From positions 2,046,001 to 2,110,000 of the forward strand of contig CM035358.1 of the NCBI GenBank assembly GCA_020137815.1: a stretch of 64,000 bases of DNA. Direction: 5' to 3'. Under the pieces are notes generated by a model. The model made no database searches and was not told the origin of the DNA. It was given only the letters and a program-made list of their open reading frames with translations. A program made the translations under genes and the position numbers. Positions within the stretch are counted from its first letter, which is position 1; each line of letters opens with the position of its first letter. Below, piece after piece: positions 13,574-24,695 of this stretch. The stretch comes from Hormiphora californensis (lineage: Eukaryota > Animalia > Ctenophora).

Positions 13574-14688
13574 GCTTTCCCCTTTTTTCAGGATGATCAG
13601 ATGGGAATGTTCAGTGTAGAACGTGGAACTACCGAGCAATCATCCTGGAGCCTGACCCTACCCGCGGTCCACTCTAACAAACCCATCAACCTGCTCCTTC
13701 CCATCACCTTGACAACACCAGATTCTGAATCCCTCTTCTCCAGGGAGCCCCTCACTGTTTCCTGGCCGGGTGGGGAACAGCGGGTCCATCTGGCTGTCCA
13801 CCAACCCTTTATTTGTACCAACCAAACTCGCTTTTTGGATGGCAATGGGGTGTTTCTATTACTCGATCTGGTATCCAATCTACCTCAACCCGTCACCATA
13901 GAAACTCTAGATGCAGGGTCATGTGAGGGGTGTGGTCCAGTGGTCCCATTTTCACCATGCACCCTTGTCCCGCGGCAAAGTTACTCCTTCATATGGAAAT
14001 GCAACACTCGGGAAAACACACCACCCTCCGTTACCATTGGTTACACTTCATCTGGACTCTCGTGTACCTATACCCACACCCTAAACCCTCCTCCCTCTCC
14101 TCCCTTCTTCTCCGCATCCATATCATGTCTGACTCCCAACCCCATGGAGGGGCAGATCTGCTCCTTTGAAGTGAACCTCAAGTCCCAGGATACCAAGACG
14201 TGGAGGTTGCTTGTGTGGCCTCCATACCCTACCCCAGGAGTGGGCCGTGTGTGGGTTCCAGAGACGTACAGGTGGACCTCAAGGAGAAGCTAACGTTCTC
14301 AGTGGATCTTGTACCTCTCAGTAAGGGAAGGTTGGAGTTCCCCCGGGTAGTCCTTTGGGAGTTCAGAGATACACAACTCCAGATTACAGGACCATCCCGA
14401 GATCTGCAGTATATCATCTCATCAGATCAAGGCCCCCTCTCGCCCCTTGGGGGAGGTCCACCACCAGTTAGACGCCGTTCAGGAGGAGGGGGTGGTAATT
14501 CAACCCAACAGCAGCCCAGGGCGGAGAAGTTGGAGTATAGTGCGGGGAGGGAGAGGACTAAACCCGTTAATAGTGTTGTACTAAATACTATGACAACTAA
14601 CAGTATTAGTGTGGTTCCTGCGGAGAGGCTGGCATCATTCAATGGTTTGTCTCTAATTACCTGTACAGTAGGGTTCCATAGCAACTAG
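796..14688 (+). CDS. TRAPPC10: Trafficking protein particle complex subunit 10 (TRAPPC10/Trs130), multi-exon, 5' part outside window
   Basis: Phase-consistent GT-AG exons: 796-895, 1756-1851, 1978-2116, 2204-2247, 2483-2690, 4131-4279, 4721-4843, 4987-5188, 9932-10005, 10245-10391, 12014-12130, 13592-14688. Spliced peptides (DLARKGLHFLLQTVHECRTLK-VSYPRGALVIWVYLGCMDLL; AETHLREVCNSYHDQGWSTLASFTRLKLCETQNKLG; LQPGDNKV; EWAVCG; LVPLSKGRLEFPRVVLWEF) resemble TRAPPC10 segments recalled from memory. Last exon needs 2-3 indel corrections near 14195-14265. Confidence 0.85.
1096..1160. repeat. Perfect hairpin, 31-bp stem with 3-nt loop, intronic
   Basis: attgtgacaagtgaaacaaggttttacaaaa-gga-ttttgtaaaaccttgtttcacttgtcacaat. 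Confidence 0.95.
1457..1610. repeat. (AG)n microsatellite; similar tracts at 2697-2873, 13513-13569, 22378-22497, 25958-26033, 32930-33465, 44598-44660, 51085-51530, 52973-53367
   Basis: Dinucleotide runs seen directly. Confidence 0.95.
3040..3046 (+). promoter_or_regulatory. TATA box of the nested homeobox gene
   Basis: TATAAAA 100 bp upstream of ATG 3140, preceded by a direct repeat cgtctgacaa x2 (2991-3011). Confidence 0.5.
3140..3739 (+). CDS. Intronless divergent homeodomain protein (Q50), nested in TRAPPC10 intron 2691-4130
   Basis: 199-aa ORF with P/Y-rich N-terminus and C-terminal homeodomain RHRTKFLPYQLEYLEVEF...IARNLGLPAKTVALWFQNRRAKMKR. Confidence 0.92.
   Translation: MATIPVSSSYPCQFNSEFYDLPTPLGPLPEFYQLPLYPDYYTAFGITSPTSLAEEQMLHSQFLTSIPDLIDPSQLPPLVAPPQQISYPVPREDASTQQLPYPIDDDCQIVSSTTSCGPIRPAKKRRSRRSPDSSCRHRTKFLPYQLEYLEVEFSKTPFAVSDRKEEIARNLGLPAKTVALWFQNRRAKMKRSGSGLKEC
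4245..4474 (+). repeat. 46-bp tandem repeat x5 copying the exon 3' end and splice donor
   Basis: Unit aaccaacactcctacccctacaaccattattcaag|gtaaccatggt starting at 4245, 4291, 4337, 4383, 4429. Confidence 0.95.
5143..6937 (+). repeat. ~94-104-bp tandem array (~18 units) copying the exon 3' end and donor, with variable GGTTACCAT linkers
   Basis: Unit aggaggagcatgttgggatcttcccagcctaccaccctacaaccag|gtatgtacaatataaaggagggt(ggttaccat)n; 396-bp higher-order duplication around 5698-6489; a partial unit resumes at 7450-7505. Confidence 0.97.
6938..7446. mobile_element. Probable non-autonomous DNA element interrupting the array
   Basis: ~510 bp of unrelated sequence starting cagg and ending cctg with weak terminal complementarity; array sequence resumes afterwards. 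Confidence 0.4.
8030..9627 (+). CDS. Type-B carboxylesterase/cholinesterase family protein with N-terminal membrane anchor, nested in TRAPPC10 intron 5189-9931; two apparent frameshifts (~8505, ~9370)
   Basis: Motifs GDLRFAPP, EECLVL, WIHGGG, SINYRLGFLG, NNGLLDQITALEWV, FGGD..VTIVGESAGG (nucleophile Ser); ORFs 8030-8524, 8331-9377 and 9367-9627 join collinearly. Confidence 0.9.
10012..10074. repeat. Short dispersed repeat (tgttatgttctaaccctccc...ctagctaggcaa); copies near 20925, 43219 and 56161-56220 (reverse)
   Basis: Near-identical ~60-bp motif at several loci. Confidence 0.75.
10551..11938. mobile_element. Non-autonomous TA-flanked DNA transposon (Tc1/mariner/pogo-like) in a TRAPPC10 intron
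   Basis: TIRs ccgtaa(tc/gt)tggggtaactttg, TA on both sides, repeated internal ggggtaactttggac motifs, internal inverted segment ~11150-11435. Confidence 0.85.
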
Positions 14689-14885
14689 GCTGTGTTGCAT
14701 TGGTTACAATAGCAACGAGGTTGAGTTAGACTGGTTACCATAGCAACGAGACTGTGTTGAACTGGTTACCATAGCAACGAGGTTGAGTTAGACTGGTTAC
14801 CATAGCAACGAAATTGTTGAACTGGTTACCATAACAGCGACACTGTTTTGGATTGGTTGCCATGCCCATAGCAACGGGACTGTTT
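14670..14885 (+). repeat. ~30-bp minisatellite (~7 units) with GTTACCATAGCAAC core, overlapping the TRAPPC10 stop
   Basis: ctggttaccatagcaacga repeated with alternating spacers. Confidence 0.85.
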
Positions 14886-15309
14886 CATTATCTTTTTTTC
14901 TGATATGTGTAGCAGGCTACATTATTTACTTGTGTGTGTGTTGTTTTCTTTGTTTACTGTGATTTACCGTTAAATTGATTGAAAACTTAAAATTATTGAC
15001 AGTATTACATCAATTCAACTAAATACTCTTACAATCCTATCATCCTCTGAATTAATCTCTCAAGTCTCAACTAATCTCTCAATTATCTATTTAGCATGTC
15101 TTACAAGGCACTGGCACCCGATAAAGCAGTTCAGTGTTCATCTTTGCGTGGCGGTGGGATCTCACAATACTGGAGTGGAAACATGGTTGACAGTATCTGA
15201 CGGAGAGAGAGAGGAATGGAGTAGCAACAAGAGGTCAGAATTCTGCACTGATACTCATCTTCTACCGAATCAAGCATCTCACTCACTGTCACGTAGTATT
15301 CACTATACT

Positions 15310-18300
15310 TCACACTACTTCACCATTATTATCATTCTGATTAATCTTCTCAGTTGTACCATCCGCCTTCTCCTCGGATTCTGAGGGGTCTTGATCTGTC
15401 CTTTTACCACCCGCCCTCTCCTCTGCCCTCTTTCTTCCACTACTTCTTTTAAACTGGGTCTGGGGTGTAGTCCTCCCCCGAATGTACCTGAAATGGTAAC
15501 TATGGTAACACACCTAATTGATTGAATGGTAACACAAGCTAAATCAGTAAATGGTTACCATGGTAACACAAGCTAAATCAGTAGATAGTTACCATGGTAA
15601 CCTACCTCGGCATCATTTCCTCCTCATTGTTAAAACTCCTACTCAGTGGATTGCTGTTCCCCATCTTATTATCTCGAACTATCACCTCCGATTGTGATCT
15701 GAGCCCAGCTATTTGTCGTGCAATAACCTGAGAGTTGAATTGTAGTTTTGAACATGGAAACCATTCTTGAAGTTAAATTCATTTTGTTCTTGATTTATTT
15801 ACTCTCCCCGATCAAACTCAAAGCTCCTAGCTGTCGGCTAGTGCGACCCTCTCTCACTGTAAAGAGAGGTTATTAACACGCCTTTGTTATGTCCTGACCC
15901 TCCGTTAGTATTACAATGTAACGGTCCGTTACTAACTTAGTACATTGTTACAATATTTGTCGCAGGGCGGAGCTGTCTGGCGCCGCGACCCATCTGAGCG
16001 CACTGTCATCAAATCAAATTGGGGTCTGGCGCCGCCAGACAGGGGCGGAGAGGGTCGAGCATGGCAAACAAACAAACAAATATTGTAACAATGTACTAAG
16101 TTATATAGTTGGTATACCAGTTATTTCGGATTTTAAAGTTTCTATTACCCATGAAGGTGGCCTCATGATGCATGCTGTATGGTCTGATACAATGTCTGGT
16201 AGGACCTCCACTGAGCCACTTTGAGTTCTGCTGTGAAGGGACTGCCTGTAAAATAGTATGTGATATTAACCCTGAGTTACCGCGGATGGATAAACTTTCC
16301 CCGATTTATTTAAGGAATTTACAAAATTTCACCCCTATATTATGCCGAATGGATTATAATGGACGTTATTCATTATGACATGACGTAATGCTAAATAAAG
16401 CAGCATGTGATTGTCGGAGAGCATGAAAAGTCCATTCTATCCGAGAATCACGCCATTCGTTGGAGTTAATAAAGAGTTGGAGTTAATAAAGATAAAGGGT
16501 ATGAGATTCTAACAAAGAGTCCTGGGGGAGGGGAAGGCTTGTTTTGTTCCAACCTTTTTATTCTATTTTATAAAAAATCCCTCCTCTCCGTCGCGGGGCG
16601 CCGGGAGGGAGGGTCAAACAAGGCAAGGGAAGGCCGGGGATTGGATTCTTTTTCACTCACCAACGTACCCCTTTCTGTCGCTCATTATTTTGGTAACTAT
16701 TAAAGTGAGAGAGAACAGCAGGGATTTTCATAAAAAGTCATCTGGATACCCCTTGATGCATGGCTAACTAAAACTTTAGTGAAAACCGCATGTCTCTAGC
16801 ATGTTTTTGAAAATTGAGCTAACACATGCGAGACGCACCATAATGGGCCCATAACACGGTCGCTTGTAGTGGGAAAACGGTAATGGAAAACGAAGATACA
16901 GTAAGACGACGCGCAACCGTGACCAATCAGGGCGCTAGTACGTGCTGACACATGAACTTTTTGCCGCGCGTTATGCACCGTGCGCGTCTCCTTACTGTAT
17001 TTTGCGTTACCGTATTTTGACTGCAAGCAGCACTGTAATGGGCGTAACTGCATGTACAATATGAATTTACGCCCATTATAGGCCCATAATGGTGCGTCTC
17101 GCATGTGTTAGCTCGATTTTCAAAAACATGCGGTTTTCACTAAAGTTTTATAGTTAGCCATCAAGGAGTATCCAGATAACTTTTTGTGAAAATCCCTGCT
17201 GTTCTCTCTCACTTTAAACTGTGTGGGGCAATAAAAATCCCCCCCCCCCCCAAGTCTACCATAGTTCTGCAGATACCGCGGAGCGCTAGAATTCGGGGCA
17301 GTAACTCTATGAGACAAATAAGTAACTTGACCAAAATTCAGACCTCTAGGAATGAACATTGTCATTTATTCCGAGAAAAATAATTTTTCGGACCAGGGGA
17401 GGGGGTATTTTTATTGCCCCACACAGTACATTTGTAGCTAGAAAGTATTATACCTGATTACTCGATAGTCCCATTCCTTCTTTTCTTTTTCTGTTGCATT
17501 GCAGACTTCATTCAGGGACCTGCAGTAGGTCGCCTCGCTTCTCAGTCCTGATCTGGTGAATGTGAATCTGGCAACGTTGACTGCCATTTCCTGATCTGAG
17601 GGGGAGAGATGGGGAGATAAGGGATTGATAAGGGGGGGGGGGCAGCTGGGATGGCAGAACCGGAGGGGATTTAGGCCAAAATCAGGCTGATTTTGGCCTA
17701 AATTACATTTTCGCCAAGTGAGAGAGTGAGCGGTTTTCGGGCAAGTACATAGTAATAGTAGTAAGGTCTACCATGACACTTTCAAGGGTCTCTCATTTAA
17801 ATAATTTTAATTTATCCCTTTCTGAAGTTCGCCATCATGCTTCGCTGTCTCACAAAGACCATGCCCTCTCCGAACCACCGCTCGCGTGATGTTACCAAAC
17901 ACATGAAACAATGTAGTGTGCACAAAGGGTATGCAAAATATAGGTAATTATGATAGTACGGGAGAGGGCTGAGGGATCGCCTTTTTCTCTCTCGCCCCAA
18001 ACCACAATATATGTTTCTTCATTTCTAATCCAGTACTCAGTAGTTGCAGGGTCTATTGTTACAAAACTGCTCTACCAAGATGGGAGCCTAGCAGTTATAA
18101 TGCAAATTAAAACACTATGTTTTTCTCAACATATGATATATTGATAGCATTTATATATACAGTCAGACCCCGATCTACCGGAACCCCAGACCCGATATAC
18201 CGGGAGGATATACTCACCCCGATATAGGGAATTAACAGTTTTTGACCTTGATCATATACCCCCCATCATATAAGTACCGGGCATCCCGATTTACCGGACA

Positions 18301-20186
18301 AAACCCTTGCCCCTTAAGCATCCGGGTAAATCGGGGACCGACTGTATATTGTGATGTGGGGGCTTTTAAAGGTTGACAAGATACCTAAAACTTTTCGTAT
18401 ATCGTCTTATTTTGATTTATCATTAATTTTCAGCATTTTTTCAGAATTTTTTGTCGGCTAGAAAAAAAATCGAAATAGGGGGTCTACCGATATTGTCAGC
18501 ACTGGTTTTACTGGGCACACTCACTGCGTCTCGCAAATTGAAATTCACGTTTCCGGTTCCTCAAAAGATAAAGACTTGATCTTGGTTGCGTTGGATTGGT
18601 CTCAATAAGACCTTTCCAACGCTACCAAAACGGTTTCTGTATCTCATCAGGAACCGGAGATATTACGTTATCCATATAATAATTTCCAAAATGTTAGTTA
18701 GAACTTCATTTTACTTGATAGCGATTTCCCGTAACTCAATGTTTAAGGGTCGTAAATCGCGTCGGGAAAGTTAAAAATGCCAAAAATACGATATTTTTCA
18801 CCGTAGCCACCCAAAATCTTATCCAATCGATATGAAACTTGGTCGTTATGTGAACTTTAATGTCCTTTGGCCAGGGGTTCCCGGAAAACGGATTGGCAAG
18901 ATGAGAACTGACCGGAGTTCTTATAATTCTAAATTCACGAATTTGGAATTTTTCGTCGACTTTTTTTTGGCGACATAAAACGCGAGGAAATTTTCAATGA
19001 ATTTTAAAATTTTACACTGCACGCGTAATTCTAGGTTCCGCGCGCGGCGTAAAAAAGCAGCGCTTTTTTGGGAAAATTCGCGCGTTACAGTAAATGATTT
19101 ACCCGCCTCACCAAAATTGTAATGGCCGTGGATATAGTAGGAGCGGTTAGATCACCACGTGGTTAAAGTCGCATGCGACCCCTTTTTGCGCATTGTCATA
19201 GCTCCTCGAGGTCGCATCCAATCATTATCAATATCAAGAAATGTCCCTCAAGTTTTCGCTTCTCCTTGAGGAGATCTACAGGTTTGATGAAGGTCACTTT
19301 TGGATTGGATGCAAAATGAAGCCGTGAGAGTAACCTGAGATTAGGGTGGCGCGCGACTTTCTGCACGTGCTGATCTAACCGCTCCTACTATGAGACTCAT
19401 TGCTCTAAGGAACAAACAAATTATCTTTTAAAAATCAAACACAAATGTCACCGGTTATATGAGGATAAATTACCATTTACCAGGTCACGGGTTCCCAGCA
19501 AACGGGTACTCTAGTCAATTTAAAAAAAGGCACACTCATTTGTCAGTAGACCCCCTATTTTGCACATATTTCTAGCCGACAAAAAATTCTGAAAAAATGC
19601 TGAAAATTAATGATAAATCAAAATAAGACGATATACGAAAAGTTTTAGGTATCTTGTCAACCATCATACGGAATATAATTCAGGTCAAGCGGCTCTTACA
19701 AACAATTCTACTGTACCAACCAACCAAAAGAGAGCTAGGGCACCGCGTGGGTAACATTTTATTTTATAAAGTGGCTAGCTCTCTTATGATTATGAACAAT
19801 GAAAAAGTGGTTATTTTTAAAAGTTTCTCGCCCAGTCGTGAAAAGCTTGAAGATGCGGTATGTAGGGGCACTTGACACGACTCCTTTTCTCTTTGTAAAA
19901 GATCTAGTCAGTTTTCAAATTCAATTTGCAGAGAGAGAGAGAGAAGAGAGTTGTTGAGTAAAAGGAGAGAGGGACAAGACAAGGGAGCGTCTTTGGGACA
20001 GATGGCCAAACATAGCTCAAATTTATTGGCCAATCCAATTCAAGTAGACATTCATGTACCATTTATTTTTTTGTACTTTCTTCAAGTTTATGAACAGCAG
20101 AAACTCAGAGTACTCACCTTCTGAAGTTGTCGCAACCCTCTCTCACTGAGCCCATATACATATACTATGTAAATGAGGATAAGAAC
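15310..20186 (-). CDS. Unknown protein, 3' exons of a minus-strand gene
   Basis: Candidate GT-AG exons ~20186-20118 (VLILIYIVYVYGLSERGLRQLQK), 17590-17454 (EMAVNVARFTF...), 15727-15606 (VIARQIAGLRSQ...), 15487-15310; one junction is out of phase; family not recognised. Confidence 0.45.
16704..17213. mobile_element. TTAA-flanked MITE with AGTGAGAG termini (Kolobok-like)
   Basis: TTAA at 16700-16703 and 17214-17217; long TIRs agtgagagagaacagcagggattttca... Confidence 0.85.
17219..17426. mobile_element. MITE with c(t/c)gtgtggggcaataaaaat TIRs; relatives at ~31280-31323 and 34233-35096
   Basis: Terminal inverted repeats seen directly; TA follows the right end. Confidence 0.8.
18160..18344. mobile_element. 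Tc1/pogo-type MITE (TA|CAGTC...GACTG|TA); copies at 44315-44381, 45643-45797, 48937-49594; fragments at ~13350 and ~50710
   Basis: TIR cagtcggaccccgatttaccgg with flanking TA. Confidence 0.88.
18371..19662. mobile_element. 1.3-kb non-autonomous element with >90-bp TIRs, containing a nested MITE at ~19134-19391
   Basis: ggttgacaagatacctaaaacttttcg... inverted at ~19570-19662; inner TIR atagtaggagcggttagatca. Confidence 0.85.
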
Positions 20187-20194
20187 TTAAATGT

Positions 20195-20241
20195 GTCGAG
20201 GTTTTTGTGAGACTCTAATAGAGTCTCACAAAAACCTCGAC
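20195..20241. repeat. Perfect hairpin, 23-bp stem
   Basis: gtcgaggtttttgtgagactcta-a-tagagtctcacaaaaacctcgac. Confidence 0.95.
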
Positions 20242-20318
20242 TGACTCTATGAATATTTATCTCGTATCAGATTCACTCGTATCAGAATTCAAATACGAGT
20301 ACGATTCTTTGATGTTAA

Positions 20319-20685
20319 AGTGAGAGTGGACCGACACAGAATTGGACAATGTTGTTGTAGGTAGTAGAGCTTATTTCTCTGAGCATTTTGCTTTTTTCCC
20401 GCTTAAAATTGGCCCCTCTATCACTGAGATACTTTTGTTATGTTGGGAGCATGACGTCACGCATCTATCTCTGTATTCTGTATGTGTGCGCGCCCGGGCA
20501 TGTTCGATGTGCTGCCTACAGAGAGAATACAGAGATAGATGCGTGACGTCATGCTCCCAACATAACAAAAGTATCCCGGTGATGGAGGGGCCAATTTTAA
20601 GCGGGGAAAAAAGCAAAATACTCAGAGAAATAATCTCTACTACCTACAACAACATTGTCCAATTCTGTGTCGGTCCACTCTCACT
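20319..20685. mobile_element. Palindromic TTAA-flanked MITE with AGTGAGAG termini (Kolobok-like)
   Basis: TTAA at 20315-20318 and 20686-20689; ~160-bp near-perfect inverted arms. Confidence 0.9.
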
Positions 20686-21234
20686 TTAACCTCAGTTAGT
20701 CATTTATAGTCAAATCGTATTTTTAGCTTCATCTTGCCGTTCTTGCCGTGCAAGTGTTGATTTGTTCATTGTTCATATAATCTTATCTTCTCATCTTTCT
20801 CAGTGGTTACATCTAGAGCTCGAGTTTTTACTCCCTTGACACTCTTTTTTTCAGATTTTAAAACCATTTCAATCACGCGACAAGTTACTTTGCATTCGCG
20901 AGTCTCCGGAACATGTCTCTCGTTGTTATGTTCTAACCCTCCCTTTACATTTGGGGTGCGTGAAACACAGTCTAGCTAGGCAAGTCCCTCGCATGCTAAC
21001 CACCATTTCCATATATAGCTCTCCTCAAGAGATGATAAACTTAACAGCTGTATTCCACACTGAACCTGTACCATTGGAAATAACTGAGAAGGCGGGAACG
21101 TTTTTAAACCTGATAACATTAGCAAATCCAGTAAAAAGCAGTGAAATAATAGAGTCCCCAGAGTATCCCGGGCTGCCCGGTGGGATGGCCGTTGCACCCC
21201 CACCCGCTATACCTCTGGCTCTACCCGGTGAGAA

Positions 21235-22337
21235 GATGATCGCATCGCAGTTCATGGGGAACACATCGCTGAATAATTCTTATAATTCAACCACTGCAGC
21301 AGTTGATATCGCCAGCGATGAAATTACAGTTATGTTTACTGTAATCAATGTTGTGTGTTTTGTGTGTTTCTGCCCGGTAAATTTGAAAAGCATGAAACTT
21401 TACCTCAACATATTACGCCACGGACACCCTTTTTTTGGACTGTTAATGGCCGTTCAGGGTCTATGTATTTTGGATCTGTTGGTGTGTTTTTCTGAGGCAG
21501 TGACCCTATGGGTGGAGGTGCCGCTGTGGGTGTGCAGGTGTCAGATAGGCACAAGCCACACCATCCATCTGGCCCTGTCACTTGCCATCTGCTCTATCTG
21601 CTGCGTACAGGTTAGTACAACTGTGGTTATCATGATGGGTGTCTTACAGTGGGACAGACCTTCCTCGCCATACAACACTTTAGTGCCAGGTACATTTAAA
21701 CAACCAATGAGCCCTTGTTTATATTTGCAGGTGTGTAGCGGTGGCAGCACCGTTTTTCTACAAGAGGATGGCCCGGAAACGCACCATAGCAAGTGTCATT
21801 CTGATCACTGCAACCCTTTCAGTGTTTGTCTCCCTCATTGCTCAACTAACAGGCATGGTCTCCACGAGGTATACGGCGCCCCCTGAGTTCACCGGATGTG
21901 TAACTCTGTACAGAGAGTCCTTCTCTCTATTCTACGGGCTGATATTTGGGTTGAGTTTAGCTGTCGATGGGATTCTGGTGATGACGTACCGCGTTCTGAG
22001 CAAATACCTGAAATACAGCACCTCGATAAGCTCAGAAATAAAAACTCTAAGAAGAGGGGCGTTGCTGGTCACCACTTTAACGTCAGGATCATTCTTTATC
22101 GCGTACCTCCCCATTCTGGTCCTGTTCATCGTCTTTACAGGTGCGCCAGAGTTGCTAAATGATCTAAAAGCTCCATACTTGATGTGCCTTGATTATGCAG
22201 TCAGGCTTTTATTCCATCTCAATTCATGCGTGGTGCCCTTGTTTCTTGTGAGCTCTAGAACTCTCAAAACTATGAAAACAGCAGCCTTAATTGTTTCTAA
22301 AAACCGCTTCAGTATCCGTCTAAGCAACTCTAAGTAA
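21235..22337 (+). CDS. Divergent rhodopsin-like 7TM receptor, 2 exons (intron 21611-21730); start codon uncertain
   Basis: N-glycosylation sequons at the N-terminus, multiple hydrophobic helices, TM6 FIAYLP, TM7 LNSCVVP; a 1-nt indel near 21606 would restore a DRC(VAV) motif across the intron. Confidence 0.8.
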
Positions 22338-22401
22338 ATCGGCGGAGAAAGAGGGAAAGATAGAGAGAAAGACACAGAGCGAGAGAGAGAGTTGAAGTGA
22401 A

Positions 22402-22477
<76 letters not shown>

Positions 22478-23714
22478 TGAGAGAGAGTGAGAGAGAGATG
22501 GATCAATGTAGTGTTACGTAATCTCTTGGTTCAGTGAGGACCAGAGTAATTCGACTATAATGTTGCCAGACTTATCTAGTCTTTTATCGCCCCTGCAGCT
22601 GCCAGGGATCAGCTATCTTTTAATTTTGGGCCGGTGTATGGTACCTCTGATCGACATTTACCGGCCGGTGTTCGTTATACTTCTAAAACTATCTACAAAT
22701 AGTCTTTTGCTGTCGTTCCAATATTAATATCAACTGTTCGATCCTATCATGTATACTCAATATTCTTCAAATAGCGTGTATTTCTTGGCTAAAGAAGTTA
22801 CTGTGGGTTTCATTTCAAGTGCTAACAATTATACTAACACACTCACTTTGCACACGCGTTTTGCTCAAATCTAACCCACCAGACCAGGGTTTTCCCCATG
22901 CCTTACTGCATACGTCATATTTTGATTTTCATCCATTGTATGAGCGTCGTAATGCAGCAGTTAGATAAACCTCGACTAAAGCCATAGCATCCTTGAGTAT
23001 TTGTTGACAGTTGACAGGTTACGCTGTCACCCAGGCCCCACAATGCGATCAGTATAAATATTTTTTTCTCCCTCTCAGTCCCACCACTCTGATGGTTAAA
23101 TGCAAAATGTGCGCAGCACGAGGGTATTTTAATACTTTGTGTGGTCCTGCAGCTGCAAATGGGCGATCAAATCGACTTATGAGTAGCTCTCGGCCCTGCT
23201 TTTAGTCCCTGCTTTGACGGCTCAAGGATATTAGATCACTACCAGATAGTACCACGTGATCACTGAGTACTTTAGTGGATTGTGGCTCATGGCTGACTGC
23301 ACAGAATGATGATTTCACTGCTACTCAAGGCTGGGTTTTGGGAGTGATTTGCAGTGGCGCTTATATGAACCATTCAGTATAGGAAACTCAGCCATCTGTG
23401 CTGTGTGCAATAATTTCATGGCATTTATAAGAGTGTATTATAATGGCCTCACCTGCCCCTTGCTCAACAATCCGCCGCAGCAGTTTTGCACCAACTGATA
23501 TCTCTTTACCATATGATATGCTCCTTAGCCATAATCATGATAATTGTTTTCCATTTAGGATTACCTCACTTCAGCTTCTCTTTCCATTGAAGATTATCCC
23601 ATATATATTTAGTATTACCTTTCAGTCTCACTTTGGCCTCCTTGTACAAGGAAGGTTATTATAATATTCCACTTCACCCTCTTTTCCCAATCCAAGGAAT
23701 ATTATTGTACAGAT

Positions 23715-24695
23715 ATGTTCACATCATGGAACATCACGGAAACAGCTGAAATTCCTCCATCCTACGCCATCCCAGTGGCATGTTACTCCTTCATAATGGG
23801 GAGTCTTGGTATCCTTGGTAACGGACTCGTTCTCTACTCCTCCATCCGGTACAACGCCCTCAAACTCGACAAGATATCCGTTATGCTGGTTAGGAACCTG
23901 GCCGTCGCTGATTTCATATTCGCTCTCCTGGTGATAGTTCCCTGGTTTATTGATTCTGCAAGGGGGCGGTATCCTAGCAACGGTCCAGTATTCTGCTTCA
24001 TCACCATAGCAATCGGAGTACTCATGTCAAACGTTAATGTGTGGACGGTGTGGGCGATATCTGCATACCGGTTCCTGATCCTGGTTAACCCATTCCGAGT
24101 GATATCCTCCCGTTCAGTTTATATCTTCCTAGCTTTAATTTGGATCCTGCCCACCCTCCTAGGGCTGGCTACCAAGGAGGTGTTCGAATCTCATATCACC
24201 ATGGCATCCGATCAGCGGATCCCAGTGTGCGGTTATAGCGATGACAACAGTCAGGCGACGTCATCCATCCAAACAATGATTCTCCTAGCCGTTCCCATGG
24301 CAATGACCCTAATACTAAATGTGGCTGTGTTGGGTATCGCTATGAGGGCCCGGAGTCAACCGCCTGGATCAGGTGGTGGGTTCAACTACAAGGGTCTGGT
24401 AACGGTTCTATCCATGTCAGCATTGTTGATAGTCAGCTGGATCCCCTTTACAGTTCTGGTGACCCTGTTCACCGTCACCAACTCCGTGGATGGCACGTGG
24501 TTCCACTTTGGGTGTCTCTTCATGTGGATCAACACCGCGGGCAACCCAATTGTATACACCCTCACCAACAAGAGGTTCTCGGGGTACGTGAGAGAGATGT
24601 GCCTGGGTGGGAGGAGGAGGAGGAGTTCAGCAGGTGAGCTGCGGTCTGGTGTAACATCTCAAACTAGCAAGAGTGCTACAGTTGTGGCCCAGTAA
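23715..24695 (+). CDS. Intronless class A (rhodopsin-family) orphan GPCR
   Basis: 326 aa; GN (TM1), NLAVAD (TM2), YRF, WIP (TM6), NPIVY (TM7). Confidence 0.95.
   Translation: MFTSWNITETAEIPPSYAIPVACYSFIMGSLGILGNGLVLYSSIRYNALKLDKISVMLVRNLAVADFIFALLVIVPWFIDSARGRYPSNGPVFCFITIAIGVLMSNVNVWTVWAISAYRFLILVNPFRVISSRSVYIFLALIWILPTLLGLATKEVFESHITMASDQRIPVCGYSDDNSQATSSIQTMILLAVPMAMTLILNVAVLGIAMRARSQPPGSGGGFNYKGLVTVLSMSALLIVSWIPFTVLVTLFTVTNSVDGTWFHFGCLFMWINTAGNPIVYTLTNKRFSGYVREMCLGGRRRRSSAGELRSGVTSQTSKSATVVAQ

Noticed and set aside
23715-24695. Opsin
   Set aside because: The position equivalent to the retinal-binding Lys in TM7 (six residues before the NPxxY Asn) is Trp
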